Source: Octopus sinensis (taxonomy: Eukaryota). Taken from it: 64,000 nt of DNA. The translations under genes and the position numbers were made by a program. Location: positions 30,752,001-30,816,000 of the forward strand of contig NC_042999.1 in assembly GCF_006345805.1 (NCBI RefSeq), in the 5' to 3' direction. Shown here piece by piece: positions 41,709 through 54,375 of the stretch (position 1 is the stretch's first letter; every line of letters starts with the position of its first letter). Below the pieces are notes generated by a model. It saw only the letters and a program-made list of their open reading frames with translations. It searched no databases and was not told where the DNA came from.

Positions 41709-42358
41709 CAGTGGAGTATCTGGTGTAAATGGTATCCAGGTCAAAGCCAAAATCTGAGACGCCCCTCGAAAATTTCCAAATCCAACCCATCCGACCCATT
41801 TTTAAGAGAAAACAAAACAGTTATTTAGTAAGGAAATATCCAAAAAATTTATTTATTCAGAAAGTACACATTGACTTTTTTGAAGTAGTGCCCTTCTAGC
41901 TTTCCTCGACGCAAAATTGTCAATGATACAATTTAAATTGGTGTTCTCCACTTCTTCTTGCTCAATGCTCAGCAACACCTGGTCACGGATTCACGGAGTC
42001 TTCTTTTTGTCATAGAATCTCGCAGGAAGGACATGATTAGGTTCAGCTTGCTGAAGGATGCTTCGCAACCAGCAATGGAAACAGCTACTCTCAGCAGAAT
42101 CTGTATCATGACGTGAAGGTTAGGGAGCACACTTTCATTTCCATATCGAACTACAAATTTGAGAAGCTCCACAGGATTTGATATTTGGAGGTTTTTGCGA
42201 CCTGCAAGTAGCATTCTGGAATCGAGGATTTCTTCGGAAAGTTCTGTTGCATCGATATCGTTGACGTAGACATTTTCAAAGGTTTTGCAACGTGTCCGGA
42301 GATCCGCAAAACTGCCATTATGCAGAAACTGGACAACCTTTTATCTACTACGCCACTG
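41709..42358 (-). mobile_element. Internally deleted hAT transposon retaining the C-terminal dimerisation (hATC) region
   Basis: Imperfect TIRs cagtggagtatctg / ctactacgccactg. Flanks catacata and aatacata give a 7/8 match to an 8-bp TSD. ORF PNLHVMIQILLRVAVSIAGCEASFSKLNLIMSFLRDSM matches the hATC motif ..S.A.CERSFS.LK.IK..LRS.M. Confidence 0.9.
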
Positions 42359-42406
42359 AATACATATATATATATATATATATATAATATATATATAATA
42401 TATATA

Positions 42407-42446
<40 letters not shown>

Positions 42447-42474
42447 GTATGTATGTATGTATGTATGTATGTAT

Positions 42475-42514
<40 letters not shown>

Positions 42515-43064
42515 GATGAGTTAAATTACAGTTATAAACACCGTCTAAGTGATACCTGTATCCAATGAATTAACTGGTGTGTTACCTGGATGTGATTACG
42601 AGTATTAGTTTTAAATCTGAAGAATGATAGGTAAAGAAATTAATAAACCGAAGTCTGTATATATTTAAGGAAAATAAGAAAATGGAGATAAAATTGAGAA
42701 TCGATAAACATCAAATATTATTTATTGATTGTAAATTATCGACATTATCTCATCTAACAGGTGTTTCTTTTGGCACTATTTAGTGCATAATGAGGCGTTT
42801 ATATTAAAATAATTATTATCATTGTCATTGTAAAGAATTAATTATACACACGTAAATAGTGGAGCGTCATCGGAGCGGAAAAGTAAAGAAAAAGAAAGAA
42901 GAAAATGAAAAAGAGAAAGTAAGGATATACTAATTGATGTTACATGCTATCCCTCTGAAAAACTTTCGACCGACTCTTTTTCTCTTTTTTGTATTTTCAA
43001 CAGTCCTCTCCTGGACACTCTGAGAATCCCCCAACACCCACTATCTATATATCAATCTACCTAC

Positions 43065-43096
<32 letters not shown>

Positions 43097-44887
43097 AGAT
43101 TGGGATGCGGGACGAGCGTGTCTGCATACGCGGACGACGTCACCGTCATAGTGTCAAGCCACGAGCACATCGAGCGGGTCGGCGAGACACTGAAAGACTA
43201 CAAAGCGGTGACAGGAGCAAAAATCAACCGGGAAAAGTCAGTGGGCTTGCGGCTCGGCACCTGGAGAAGCAAGCCCATGCCGTCCACCAGTACCTCCGTC
43301 GTGGGACGCTGGACAGACGGCCCGGTTGAGTTTCTCGGGGTCTGGTTCGGTCCGGACCTCCAAATGGAGAAGAACTGGAACGAGAAAACGAGTAGGGTGG
43401 TCACTCTCGCCCAGCAATGGGCCGAGAGGGAACTGTCCCTAAAAGGTCGGGCGGTGGTGGCGAACACGTACATCGCGTCCATCATCTACTACCGCCTGAC
43501 CGTCGTACCTTGTCCCGACCCTACCATCACCAAACTAGAACGCATTCTCTTCCGCTTCTTGTGGAAAGGATGCGTCCCGATGGTCAGGTGATCCATTTGC
43601 TGTCAACACCCGTTAAAAGGAGGGCTGGGCATGCCGTGGTTGATGATGCGCAGACACGCGCTGAGACTGCGACATCTCCGGCTCTATGTAGATGACGGTG
43701 AACAGGTGTGGTCGCCGTTTGTGAGGCACGCTTTCCCGCAGCTCGTCTCCATGACCGAACTGCAGTCGTGGATCAAAAAGAGGCCGAGGAAGGGTGAATG
43801 GCACCGCGAGTGTCGCGTTGCTCCAGCAACTCTGCCGTCCCGGTCGACCTTGAGTGACTTCAACACAACCAAAGCATTCTATAGGGGATTAGTGGAGGGG
43901 AGGTACGACGACGATCTCGGGGCAAACCTGGGCGTCGACGATGAATACCTGACCCGCGTTTCAAACGACTTTCGGCCCGGGACTTATGGACAACTTCCAG
44001 AGAACCTGGCCTGGCGGTGCTACCGAGAAGCGCTACCCGTTCGGGATAAGCTCTATAGGCATGGCTCGAGAAACAAGGGGCCGACCTGCCCGAGATGCGG
44101 GCAGAGCGACGAAACCGCTCTGCACGCAATCGTGCAGTGTCCAGCAATTTCAGACCTGTGGGCTTCTGTCGAAAGACTGCTGCCATTTGTGGGATGTGTC
44201 GGTTTATCAGCTGAGTCTATCGTTAATATCGTCACGCCTCCTTCCTTCAAACGGGAAGGAATAGCTATTTTTATCATACTTGTGGCTATAGCGAAAGAAT
44301 GTATCTGGTGGACGCGCCTGAAAGGATTAGAGAAAAACACTTTCCTCTCTGGTCAATCTCTCATCAACTTCTTCAAGTATCACTTGAAGAGGAAAGTGAG
44401 AGTAGAGAGACAAGTTTTGTCTAGTGAATGTTTTAAAAAAAGATGGGTGAATGTAGCAAGGATGGCACGTATGAATGACGAAGCCACCTTGACTATCATT
44501 CAATGAACCGTAAAAATTAATACAGAGAGTTGCTTATTTGCAAAAAAAAAAAATATAACATGTGACTTCATTGACCGAGGTTACCGTGGTCTTTTCCGTA
44601 GGCTTTTCTTTCCACGGGTAAACCTCACCTGTCCTCCCGTTTACACTTCATATTGACATTTCTTTGATTACGATCCCTATTGATCAACTTTTTTTTCCTC
44701 TCCCCTATTCTTTTTTCCTCTCCCCCACCTTTTTTTAAAATTCTCCCCTTTTTTTGTCCTCTTTCTTTCCTTATACAACCCCTTTTGATCGAAAACCAAC
44801 CCCCCTTCTTTTTACCCCTAAAAGAAAAGCTCTACCTTGTAATTTGTTCTGTCTGTGTGCAGCCCTGTGTGGCTAATAAAGAAACAT
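43097..44887 (+). mobile_element. Young 5'-truncated Tx1/L1-like LINE (RT C-terminal half, zf-RVT-like CCHC, 3' UTR)
   Basis: Motifs VSAYADDVTV, GAKINREKS, EFLGVWFG, LSLKGRAVVAN, PLKGGLGMP and CPRCGQSDETALHAIVQC. One in-frame stop (43589-43591) and a few frameshifts. Ends ggctaataaagaaacat. Confidence 0.95.
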
Positions 44888-44922
44888 ATCTATCTATCTA
44901 TCTCTCTCTCTCTCTCTCTCTA

Positions 44923-44967
<45 letters not shown>

Positions 44968-45129
44968 AGTGAGGAATTATGTATAATCATTTCAAATATA
45001 GTTTCATAAAACAGAAAAGCATTTTCTAAATTGACTTGGTGCGAAACATATAAATTCCTCATGGTGTATTTTCTTATATTCTTCACAGAATATTTTACGC
45101 ATTAACACCCCATAAGATCTGCTGCTATT

Positions 45130-45790
45130 TACCTACTCCATCCCGGTTCTCGTCATTCAGTTTTCCTTTCTTTTGGGTAACTATCTTGACCTTGACGGAG
45201 AAACGTGAAAAACTGTTTACTGACTTCCTTCTGAGGTTTACAAGCATCCATCTGCTTCTTGGCGACATCATAGAAAATGTTAAGATCCTCATTCATCCAC
45301 CATGTATAATTTTCAAACGCCATTTATGAATTAGATAGGATATACTTTAGCGTGTCAACTGTTCTACATTTCCATTTGTCATCTTTTGGTATTTCCCTTC
45401 TTCGTAAATTGCATAGGTATGGCAGTACATTATAGGTGGCTAGAAGAAGGAAAGTCAACCGTGAATCTGCTCCACTACCAGATCTCATCTCAAATAACTT
45501 CAATAAACTTTTCTTCCCACTTCTTCATCTGACATTGCTGAAGGTCTTTTTCTAATTTTCTGGTTTTCACACAGCTCCTGACGGCGGCTCTGCGCTCCTT
45601 CTGGGGCAAATGTTTTAAATTGATTGCAACCAATTCCTTTCCGATCACTTTGTATGACCTCTGGTGTTTCAGTGATGCTATTTTGTCATTAGTTTCTTTC
45701 TCTGTGTGGCACTTTCGTGCAGTTTCGACATCTAGTATTTCTACGTCTTTAGAATCCTTCAGGATCATAAACGTTAAGTGTTCCAGAGGA
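45130..45790 (-). mobile_element. HERO-like (REL-clade) LINE fragment, post-RT region
   Basis: KERRAAV...QQCQMKKWEE..KLFEM..SRLTFLLLATYNVLPYLCNL..KWKC..TLKYILSN..YTWWMNEDL. The spacing matches my recollection of HERO R(L/I)SFL..TYD.LP..NL..C..L.HILS.C..Y.WRH..VL. Confidence 0.65.
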
Positions 45791-46444
45791 CTGATACTAC
45801 TATTTCTGTAATTATATCTTTAGCATAAATGAAAAATATCAACTCTGCTAGCGTTACGAATTTTTTCGTAACGTTACTCACGGATGAATTTAGTAGGATA
45901 AACTCTTGCTTTAACACCGCATAAAATTATTGTGTGTGTATGTAAGTATTTGTTACGCGCGTGGGCGCCTGTGTACGTGCGCGACTATTACGCTTACTAA
46001 CATGTGTTTCAAACTTCTCAAAGGTTGGAAGCGTTTCGATGTGTCATATTGGATTATTAAATGCTATTTTAAGTATTTCGGTTTTTCCCTGCAAACTGTT
46101 TTAGTGTGCAGTTGTTAATACCAGAAAAAACTTCGTTGTTGGAATCTGTGAGGGGGGTAGCAGCGATCTGTTTCTATTTTGCGTCAGGCTCACAGCATGA
46201 TCTCGAGCAGGGGCCCTTCTGTATAGCTCCGGGACAGTAATAACATGTGGGGAAATTTAGTAGATAGAAATATCGCAAAGCTCTATCACATAGTAGTGTA
46301 TGTGTGTAAATATATACTAATTACGAGGTGGGAGCGTTAAGCATATATTATCCTAAAGACACAGCGAACCTTCTGTTCAGAAGACATACGACTTTCTTCC
46401 CAAAACAGATTCATACAATCAGTAAATGTCAGGCTTAACTTTCT

Positions 46445-46451
46445 TTTAACA

Positions 46452-46487
<36 letters not shown>

Positions 46488-46497
46488 ACACACACAC

Positions 46498-46533
<36 letters not shown>

Positions 46534-46590
46534 TTGTACGCACATACACACTCATGTATGCATCTATATGTGTAAGTATGCATGTACGTG

Positions 46591-46664
<74 letters not shown>

Positions 46665-46985
46665 CATACACACATATATATATAAATAGTATGAGAATGT
46701 ATATCTATGTGTGTGCATCTATATGTGTAAGTATGTATGTATGTGTTTGATATATAGATATATTATATATATTATATATATATATATATTATATATATAT
46801 ATATATATATAGATATATATATATCTATATATATATATATATATATATAGATAGATATATATATATATATAAGATATATAATATATATTATATATATATT
46901 CATACATACATACATACATACACACATATATATATAAATAGTATGCGCATGTATATATATATATGTATGTGTGTGTGTGTACGTG
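46445..46985. repeat. Compound (AC)n/(AT)n microsatellite with a local duplication of about 45 bp
   Basis: catacatacacacatatatatataaatagtatg occurs near 46665 and again near 46912. Confidence 0.9.
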
Positions 46986-47329
46986 TTCCATATAGGTTTA
47001 CGTCTACATATGCAGATACATGTATCGCTTTACCAATAAATCTGTGTGATATATGTGTGATGTGTACACTTCTAAGAAAGCTTCCTTGCACGCAGTCAGT
47101 ATTTGCTCACTTTTGTTTTACACCTTTTGTTGCCAAAATCGCTAACACTAAAATGTATGTAAAATAGTTTCCCATTTTCCACTGCTCTCATTAGGCCAAG
47201 TATCCTGGAGACTGGCTTCATGCCATTCTTAATTTTAAATTTTTGGCAATTTCCGGTAATGGAACACTCATACTCATTTATACATATATAAAGAATTGCA
47301 TTCATATATATCCATATCTTATTACCTAT

Positions 47330-47810
<481 letters not shown>

Positions 47811-47974
47811 AGACACTGTAACAGCTCATGGCCTTACTGGGACATTCAACTGTCAACAAGGCAGCTTGTGAGAGACGACATGTGTCCTGTAATGAAAGAA
47901 ATGATTGTGTGCCTTCACCAAGAAGGCAATGCAAATTTTGTGATAGCAGCTACTGTAGGAAAGTCGTAAACCCA

Positions 47975-48180
47975 CCAACACGTGTTGGCAAGCGGTGGAG
48001 TTGGAGACAAACACAAAGACACACACACGCTCACATATAGCTATATATATACGACGATCTTATTTCAGTTTCTATCTACAAAATCCAGTCACAAATCTAT
48101 GGTCTGCCCGAGGCTCTATTAGAAGACACTTGCTTAAGGTGTCAAGCAGTGGGACAGAACCTGACGCCATTTGTTGGGAA
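47975..48180 (-). mobile_element. SINE family A, diverged and partial
   Basis: ttcagtttctatctacaaaatcc..gaagacacttgcttaaggtg matches family A in reverse. Confidence 0.75.
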
Positions 48181-48299
48181 GTTAGTCTGTGTGTATATGT
48201 GTACATATATATAGACATGTGTATACAAGTACATATACATTGCGGTGACCCAGCATGACCACAGCTCGTGAGCTGAAACTAGATAAAATAAAAGAAAAA

Positions 48300-48555
48300 T
48301 AACATATATGTGTGTGTATATTTTTTTTTTTGCTACCCACAATGGGCTAAACACAGAGGGGACAAACAAGGGCAGACAAAAGGATTAAGTCGATTGCATC
48401 GACCCCAGTGCGTTACTGGTACTTAATTTATCGACCCCGAAAGGATGAAAGGCAAAGTCGACCTCGGCGGAATTTGAACCCAGAACGTAACGGCAGATGA
48501 AATACTGCTACGCACTTCGCCCGGTGTACTAACGTTTCTGCCAATCTCGCCGCCC
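48300..48555 (-). mobile_element. SINE family B, best-preserved copy
   Basis: Minus strand ggcggcgagattggcagaaacgttag..gttctgggttcaaattccgccgaggtcgactttgcctttcatcctttcggggtcgataaattaagtaccag. The central part resembles a Meta-SINE-type domain (from memory). Confidence 0.85.
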
Positions 48556-48769
48556 TGGTGTGTGTATATACTTACAGACACACGTGTATGTATGCATTTT
48601 TCATAACGAGCTAAAGTTTCTCATGAACACAAAAAGCGTACCTAATCTTCCGGTCTTTGTAACCTCTACGTAGTTTGACTCAAGAAATAAATGAGTTTTG
48701 AAGTTAACCACCGCAAATATGGCCAGTCGGTACATAGGGGAAAATTCTGAAAAGGTGAATCAAAATCAA

Positions 48770-49080
48770 GTTTCTTTTCTTTCGCACTTTTCAAGCCAGC
48801 CAGGCTCATGGGCTTGGTTTCCAGGTTTCTGTGGCGTATGTGTTCTCCCAGCTGGACGGGACGCCAGTCCATCGCAGCGTTACTCAAGAAACGGGAAGAG
48901 AAATTGAGAGAAAGCTGTGGCGAAAAAGTACAACAGGGGTCACCACATCCCCCTGCCGGAGCCTCGTTCAGCTTTTAGTTGTTTTCGCCCAATAAATACA
49001 CACAACGCCTGGTCTGGGAATCGAAACCGCGATCCTCTTCAGCGTGATCGCTGCCCCAACCACTGGGCCATTGCGCCTCC
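48770..49080 (-). mobile_element. tRNA-derived SINE with V-domain-like body
   Basis: Minus strand A box tggcccagtggtt, B box ggtttcgattccc, and ctgcgatggactggcgtcccgtccag. Confidence 0.8.
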
Positions 49081-49716
49081 CAAAATCAAGTAACCAATGC
49101 AAAAGTTGGATAAAATCATCCTTGGTGGCCTTCACATTAAACTAACATTTCAATTAGCCATTTGCACCCCTCTTTTCCCTTCCAACCAGTATTCCTTTCC
49201 ATTACCTTCTTCATGACTACTCAACCACACCCATCTTATTTCCATCTTTGGTTACCTTCCCATTGTCTAACATTGTCCACTACTCATCTTTTGGATTTTT
49301 ATTCACGGGGATAGCAACGTTAGTTTGCTAAACAGCGAGTTGCATGTAGACAATAGGCTTATGGAAATTCGTTTAAATTTGATAGGAGAAGTAGTGTGTA
49401 ACTTACTCTTCGTCATTTAACTTTTTACTAACTTCCCACACTCGGATACCTGGATTGTAATTAACTACTGCTATTTATTTATGAATATATGAGTAAAGAC
49501 GATGTTTATTTCAGCGTGATTTGAAATGAGAACAACAGGTGCCGGAAAAAGAAATTTCATCCGAGGTTTTAACGACTCTGCCAATTCGCAGATATTTACT
49601 GGTATTAAATATTATTAATCTAACAAACCTTCAATCTGGATTGCGAGAATAAGTGTTTGCTACAATGATAGTAGCAAAGGTTTTGGGTGTTTATATAACA
49701 TATATAATATATATAT

Positions 49717-49749
<33 letters not shown>

Positions 49750-49759
<10 letters not shown>

Positions 49760-50112
49760 ATTACATATATATGGAAAAACAAGTCAGGATGAAAATGTAA
49801 AATAATTTTATAAAGAATATTTCAGTACCGGTTTCAGTCAATTGAGACTTTTTCAACTGTAATAATTAAATAACTAAATTAAGAAAAATTAAAATATAAG
49901 TTTTTTTAAAAGATTATTTGTATAGTGTTTCAAAATGTAAGTGGCATTTTCCTTGTTTCTGCCTGTCTCTGTCTCTGTTGTTTACTCTTGTGGGTTCGAG
50001 GTCGTTGTGAATTCTTGGTAGGGATGAGAAGAAGGAGAAGGAGGAGGAGCAGAAGGGGAGGAAGAAGACGAAGAATTTGGGAGTGCCTTGTTTGTAGTAT
50101 TTTGAATGGTCA

Positions 50113-50115
<3 letters not shown>
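49750..50115 (-). mobile_element. Repeat family F (Penelope pLTR-like) with variant hammerhead-like fold at 49823-49859
   Basis: Reverse complement of 60870-61055; bounded by (AT)n. Confidence 0.7.
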
Positions 50116-50154
<39 letters not shown>

Positions 50155-51914
50155 GCAAACACAGATTTACAGTAGACAAAATTCAGACCCAAAAACATTT
50201 CATTAAACACACATTAATAGAAATAGATAAAATTTGATAATCACAATGGAAAAATATATTGAAAGCAAACTCAAATGTAAGTAAGCAAAGCACCACCATC
50301 ATGAACGGCAACTTGTTATTCTAAAGTTGGGAATGAAAGAATGAAGTTGTGAATCGATTCCAGGTAACAGAACAATTATCAAAGAGGTATGTTAAAAGTC
50401 CTTATGCAAGATTTTCAAGGTTATCCTAAGAAAGATTCGGCGTAATGCATCTACTTCAAGATATGCAAACAAATATGGAATCCTGTGCGTATTATTCATG
50501 AATAAAGTGGAAGGAAGTGTGAATTCTGTCACATCTTGTGCTGTATAGTGCTGCCTACAGAGAGGCGTTGTAGAACATGGGCAGGACGAATAAAAAGCCA
50601 TGGCAAAAGATACTCATATGGAACTTGGAAATATCTTTAGTCACTTTTGTGATTATACACAAGTAGGCTTAAATAGCGTAAGTGACTTGTACTAATATGT
50701 AGTCGGCTGAAAGTTTTATGGCGATCCAAATCCTGATGATGAATCCCGTCAAATATAGACAATTTTGAGCTATAGTACATTTGGAGCGAGGAGCGGAAGA
50801 GAAAGTCCAGTTTCTACATGACAGGCAGTAAAGTTCACTTCGAAAGAGGAAAACTGAACGAAGAATAACAAAGGCGATTACAGCAACAGACTCGGTGACA
50901 ACCTGAGGCAGAAGTTGAACGAAAGGTAAAATATGGCAGAATTTGAACTCATAATATAAAAGGTCAACTAAATAGGTCTCAGCTTTTCTCTGATCTCAGT
51001 GCCATCTACCAGCCTCATACCAACCCCACAGTGACTGTTATCTTTACCATTGAATGAGGGAGTCTCTGCAAATTCATCCAAACTGCTAGAAATGGCAGTC
51101 AAATCCTGGTAACAAGTATGTGGCTATCGATGATACTGCTCTGAGGGCAACAACGGTCACAGATAACTAGAGCAGAAGTAAAAACATCTGGGTTCTCATC
51201 ATCTTCAATTTCATGAATACTAAGAAAAGCATCGAGAACGCGAAGGGTCGTCTCTTCTAGCTCAGGGCTGACTGGAGATACCGAACAGCAGTCGCACCAG
51301 AGAGTATGTTGCAGTGATAGAAAGCAAATTAAGACACAAGAAATATAAGAAATCTTCGGAAGAGTAAAATATAGAAGAAACAAAATGAAGATTTAGACTC
51401 AAACTAAATAAGTGTAAGAGATTTGACTCTCTCACAAAGTTTCGCACACCAACATGGAAGATATGAATTCCATATTCATCCATAAGGAGGGCCTAAGCTT
51501 ATAATGACTGCTCGAAAAGGAAACAGGAGACTGACCGGACAATGGAAATACTGTGGTCATACGAAAGACACGGGAGGAACGCCTGAATTTGAAACACATA
51601 CCAATATTTTTTTTTTTTTTTAAGGCAGAAGAAATATAACATACATTTCGTAGCTCAAATAAAGTCCAAAATGCTGATTGTATCCAATGGACACAAATTT
51701 CAGACGCTAATCGAAGTAGAATGTGATCAGCATCGTGGGACACCTCGGTCATCGTCACTAAAGTCAACTTTTCTCGCATTTATGAGTAGGCAATTTTATA
51801 TGCTTCTACAGATAAAACTTTTGAATTCATTATCTTGCAATTTTCCTACCCACATTAAATACTGTGTAGGTGTAAATGTAGATTAGTATATGCATAGTAA
51901 TATGTATCTCACCT

Positions 51915-52261
51915 CGTATGTATGTATGTATGCATGCATGTATATACACATACATACATACACATATATATATATATACATATATATACATATATATATA
52001 CATACATAAAGATATATTTATGTATGTATACATATATGCATATATATGTGTATGTAATCTGTCTATTCATACACATGATAAAAATGTGTGTATACACATG
52101 TATATGTGCATGTGTGTATATTTGTAATTGCAAATTAAATTTAGTACATACTCATATAGCTATATTTACATATATACGTATATGTTTACCTCTGTGTGTG
52201 TGAGATTTTTTGTGTATATTGGTGTGCGGGCGCGCGCACGTGTGTTTGTCTGTGTGTGTGT

Positions 52262-52308
<47 letters not shown>

Positions 52309-52325
52309 TGAGAGAGAGTGAGAGG
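51915..52325. repeat. Compound (AT)n/(GT)n/(GA)n microsatellite
   Basis: Directly visible. Confidence 0.9.
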
Positions 52326-53549
52326 TGTTAAGCAGTAACATTAATCTGATGAAAATATCGTACTGAAGAAAAATAAACTAACAAGATCAACAACCATAAT
52401 AATGATGACGACGACGACGATGATGATGTCGACGACACCAACAACAACAGCAACAACAATAATAATAATTTGAAGAATGTCATTACTTTGATATGGTTTC
52501 TCTAATGTTATTCTTCCAGTTATCTGCTTGAAATCGCTACATTGCTTTTGTTGCTTTTTTTTTATAGTTTCTCAAGTATTTCTATGTTTTCACTGCAAAT
52601 GATAAATTTCTTGAATACTAAACTATTTCTCCAAACTCCTAAACTATATACAGTTCGAAAAACAAGCTGTTTTTGTGTTGCGGTCACATATATTTCACAA
52701 AACGATTTCGTTGTGCACAGATAAAATAGGTTATATTTCTCTGAGTAAATAAACTGAACGAAACAGTATGCTTTCATTTTCTCTCTCACTCTCACCCTCT
52801 CTTTCCTCCTTCCCTCTGCCCCTCTCTCTCCCTTCCTCTCTCTCGCCCTCTCTCCATTAATCTATCTGGCTATCTATCCATCTTTTTCGCTCTCATTACG
52901 TAGATCTGTCTTTGTTAGTTCAGTTTCTGTTTCGCTCTCTTTCTCACCGTGTTAGGTAGCTCATTCTCATTAGCGATTTCTCTTTGTTAGCTAGTCTCCC
53001 ATTCCAGTTTCGGTTCTTTCTGTTACCTAGCTCTCTCTCTCTCTCTCCCTCATTAATTATACCCCATTCTGCTAGCTCTCATTAGGTAGGTTTTTCCTTT
53101 GTTGCCCAAATCTCACACTTACCTTTCTCTTTCCCTCTCTCTCCAACTCTCTCTGTTAGCTAGGTTGCTCTGTATTTATCGGGTTTTGTGTCTCTAGTTT
53201 ATTCTGTCTCATTAGCTGGTACCTCCTCATTAGCAGGTACTGCTGTTTGATGGCACTCTCTCCTACTCCGATATTTCCTATTTAGCAGATAATCTCTCTC
53301 GTAACCTGATTCTCTTTCGTCAAATTATACTTATTCGTTGACAGTGCTTTCTCATCAGCAGACATCTTAACGTTAGTTAATATTCTCGTTGTCTTATTGC
53401 TCACCAGTTGGTAAGTTAATTGTAATTCCTTATTTTATGTTGTTATGGAACTTAATAGTAAGGGATGGTCGCAACTGGAGCGATTTTAGTTATAGATGTA
53501 CTTGATCAAAGTTAAGTGGCAATAAACAACTACAAGAAAAATAGACGCA

Positions 53550-53690
53550 GCAACGTGGCTAAGTAAATTGTTTCTCAGCTTTGTAGTCTTAGGTTCAGTC
53601 CCACCTAGTTCAGTCCTACGATAGCTACCAGTTGACTAAAAGCCTTGTGACAAAGTCTTGGTAAATGGAAACTAAGCCGGCCTATGTTGA
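53550..53690 (+). mobile_element. Decayed SINE family A 5' part
   Basis: ggttcagtccc..aagccttgtga..ttggtaaatggaaact. Confidence 0.55.
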
Positions 53691-53844
53691 AATGGCAAAC
53701 CTAATCCATTGCTAGCTTAATACTAACCCTGGTCCTTGGGAACCCGTAGGGAGTTTCACTGTATTGTAAGAACTCGTACCAGGTTCTTCCTCCATCTGCT
53801 TTGACTTACACAACATTTTTTTATTCAGTTTTGTAAACATTTAT

Positions 53845-54040
53845 TTTCTTTCTACTATAAGCACAATGTCTGAAACTTTGTAGGAAGGACCTGTCGATCA
53901 TCCCAGTGCTATATAGGTGCTTATTTTATCGACCCTGATAGGATAACAAGGAAAGTCGAATTTAGCGGAATTTTAAATCTTAAAAGGTAACTCAGCATTT
54001 TGTCCGACAAGCTAATGATTTTGCCAGATCGCCGCCGTTA
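53845..54040 (-). mobile_element. SINE family B, diverged
   Basis: cttattttatcgaccctgataggataacaaggaaagtcgaatttagcggaatt..ctgccagatcgccgcc-like end. Confidence 0.7.
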
Positions 54041-54117
54041 ACTGTTGTGAAAGTAACAATTTTAATGCTGTTTTATATGAAATGTTGTTGTTATTATTGA
54101 TTAATAACGGTATGTAT

Positions 54118-54375
54118 TCATGTGGTTCGTGTATTGCATTCACGGTCGTGAGATCGTGAGTTCGATTCCCGGACGGAGTATTGTCTTCTGTTCTTGATCA
54201 AAGCATTTCATCTCAGGCTGCTCTGCGATTACTTACACGCTTAATGTGTGGCACACCGGGAATCAATACAGGCACAGGTCGATTTGGTGAATGAATTGGG
54301 AAAATATACAGGAGAAGCATTTGATCACTATAAACAAATCAACAGTGCAGGTTTTTCAGCAGGAAATTACGGAAT
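54118..54375 (+). mobile_element. tRNA-derived SINE family D
   Basis: B box gagttcgattcc. Body tgtgtggcacacc..catttgatcactataaacaaatc..gtgcagg is shared with 60320-60560. Confidence 0.7.
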
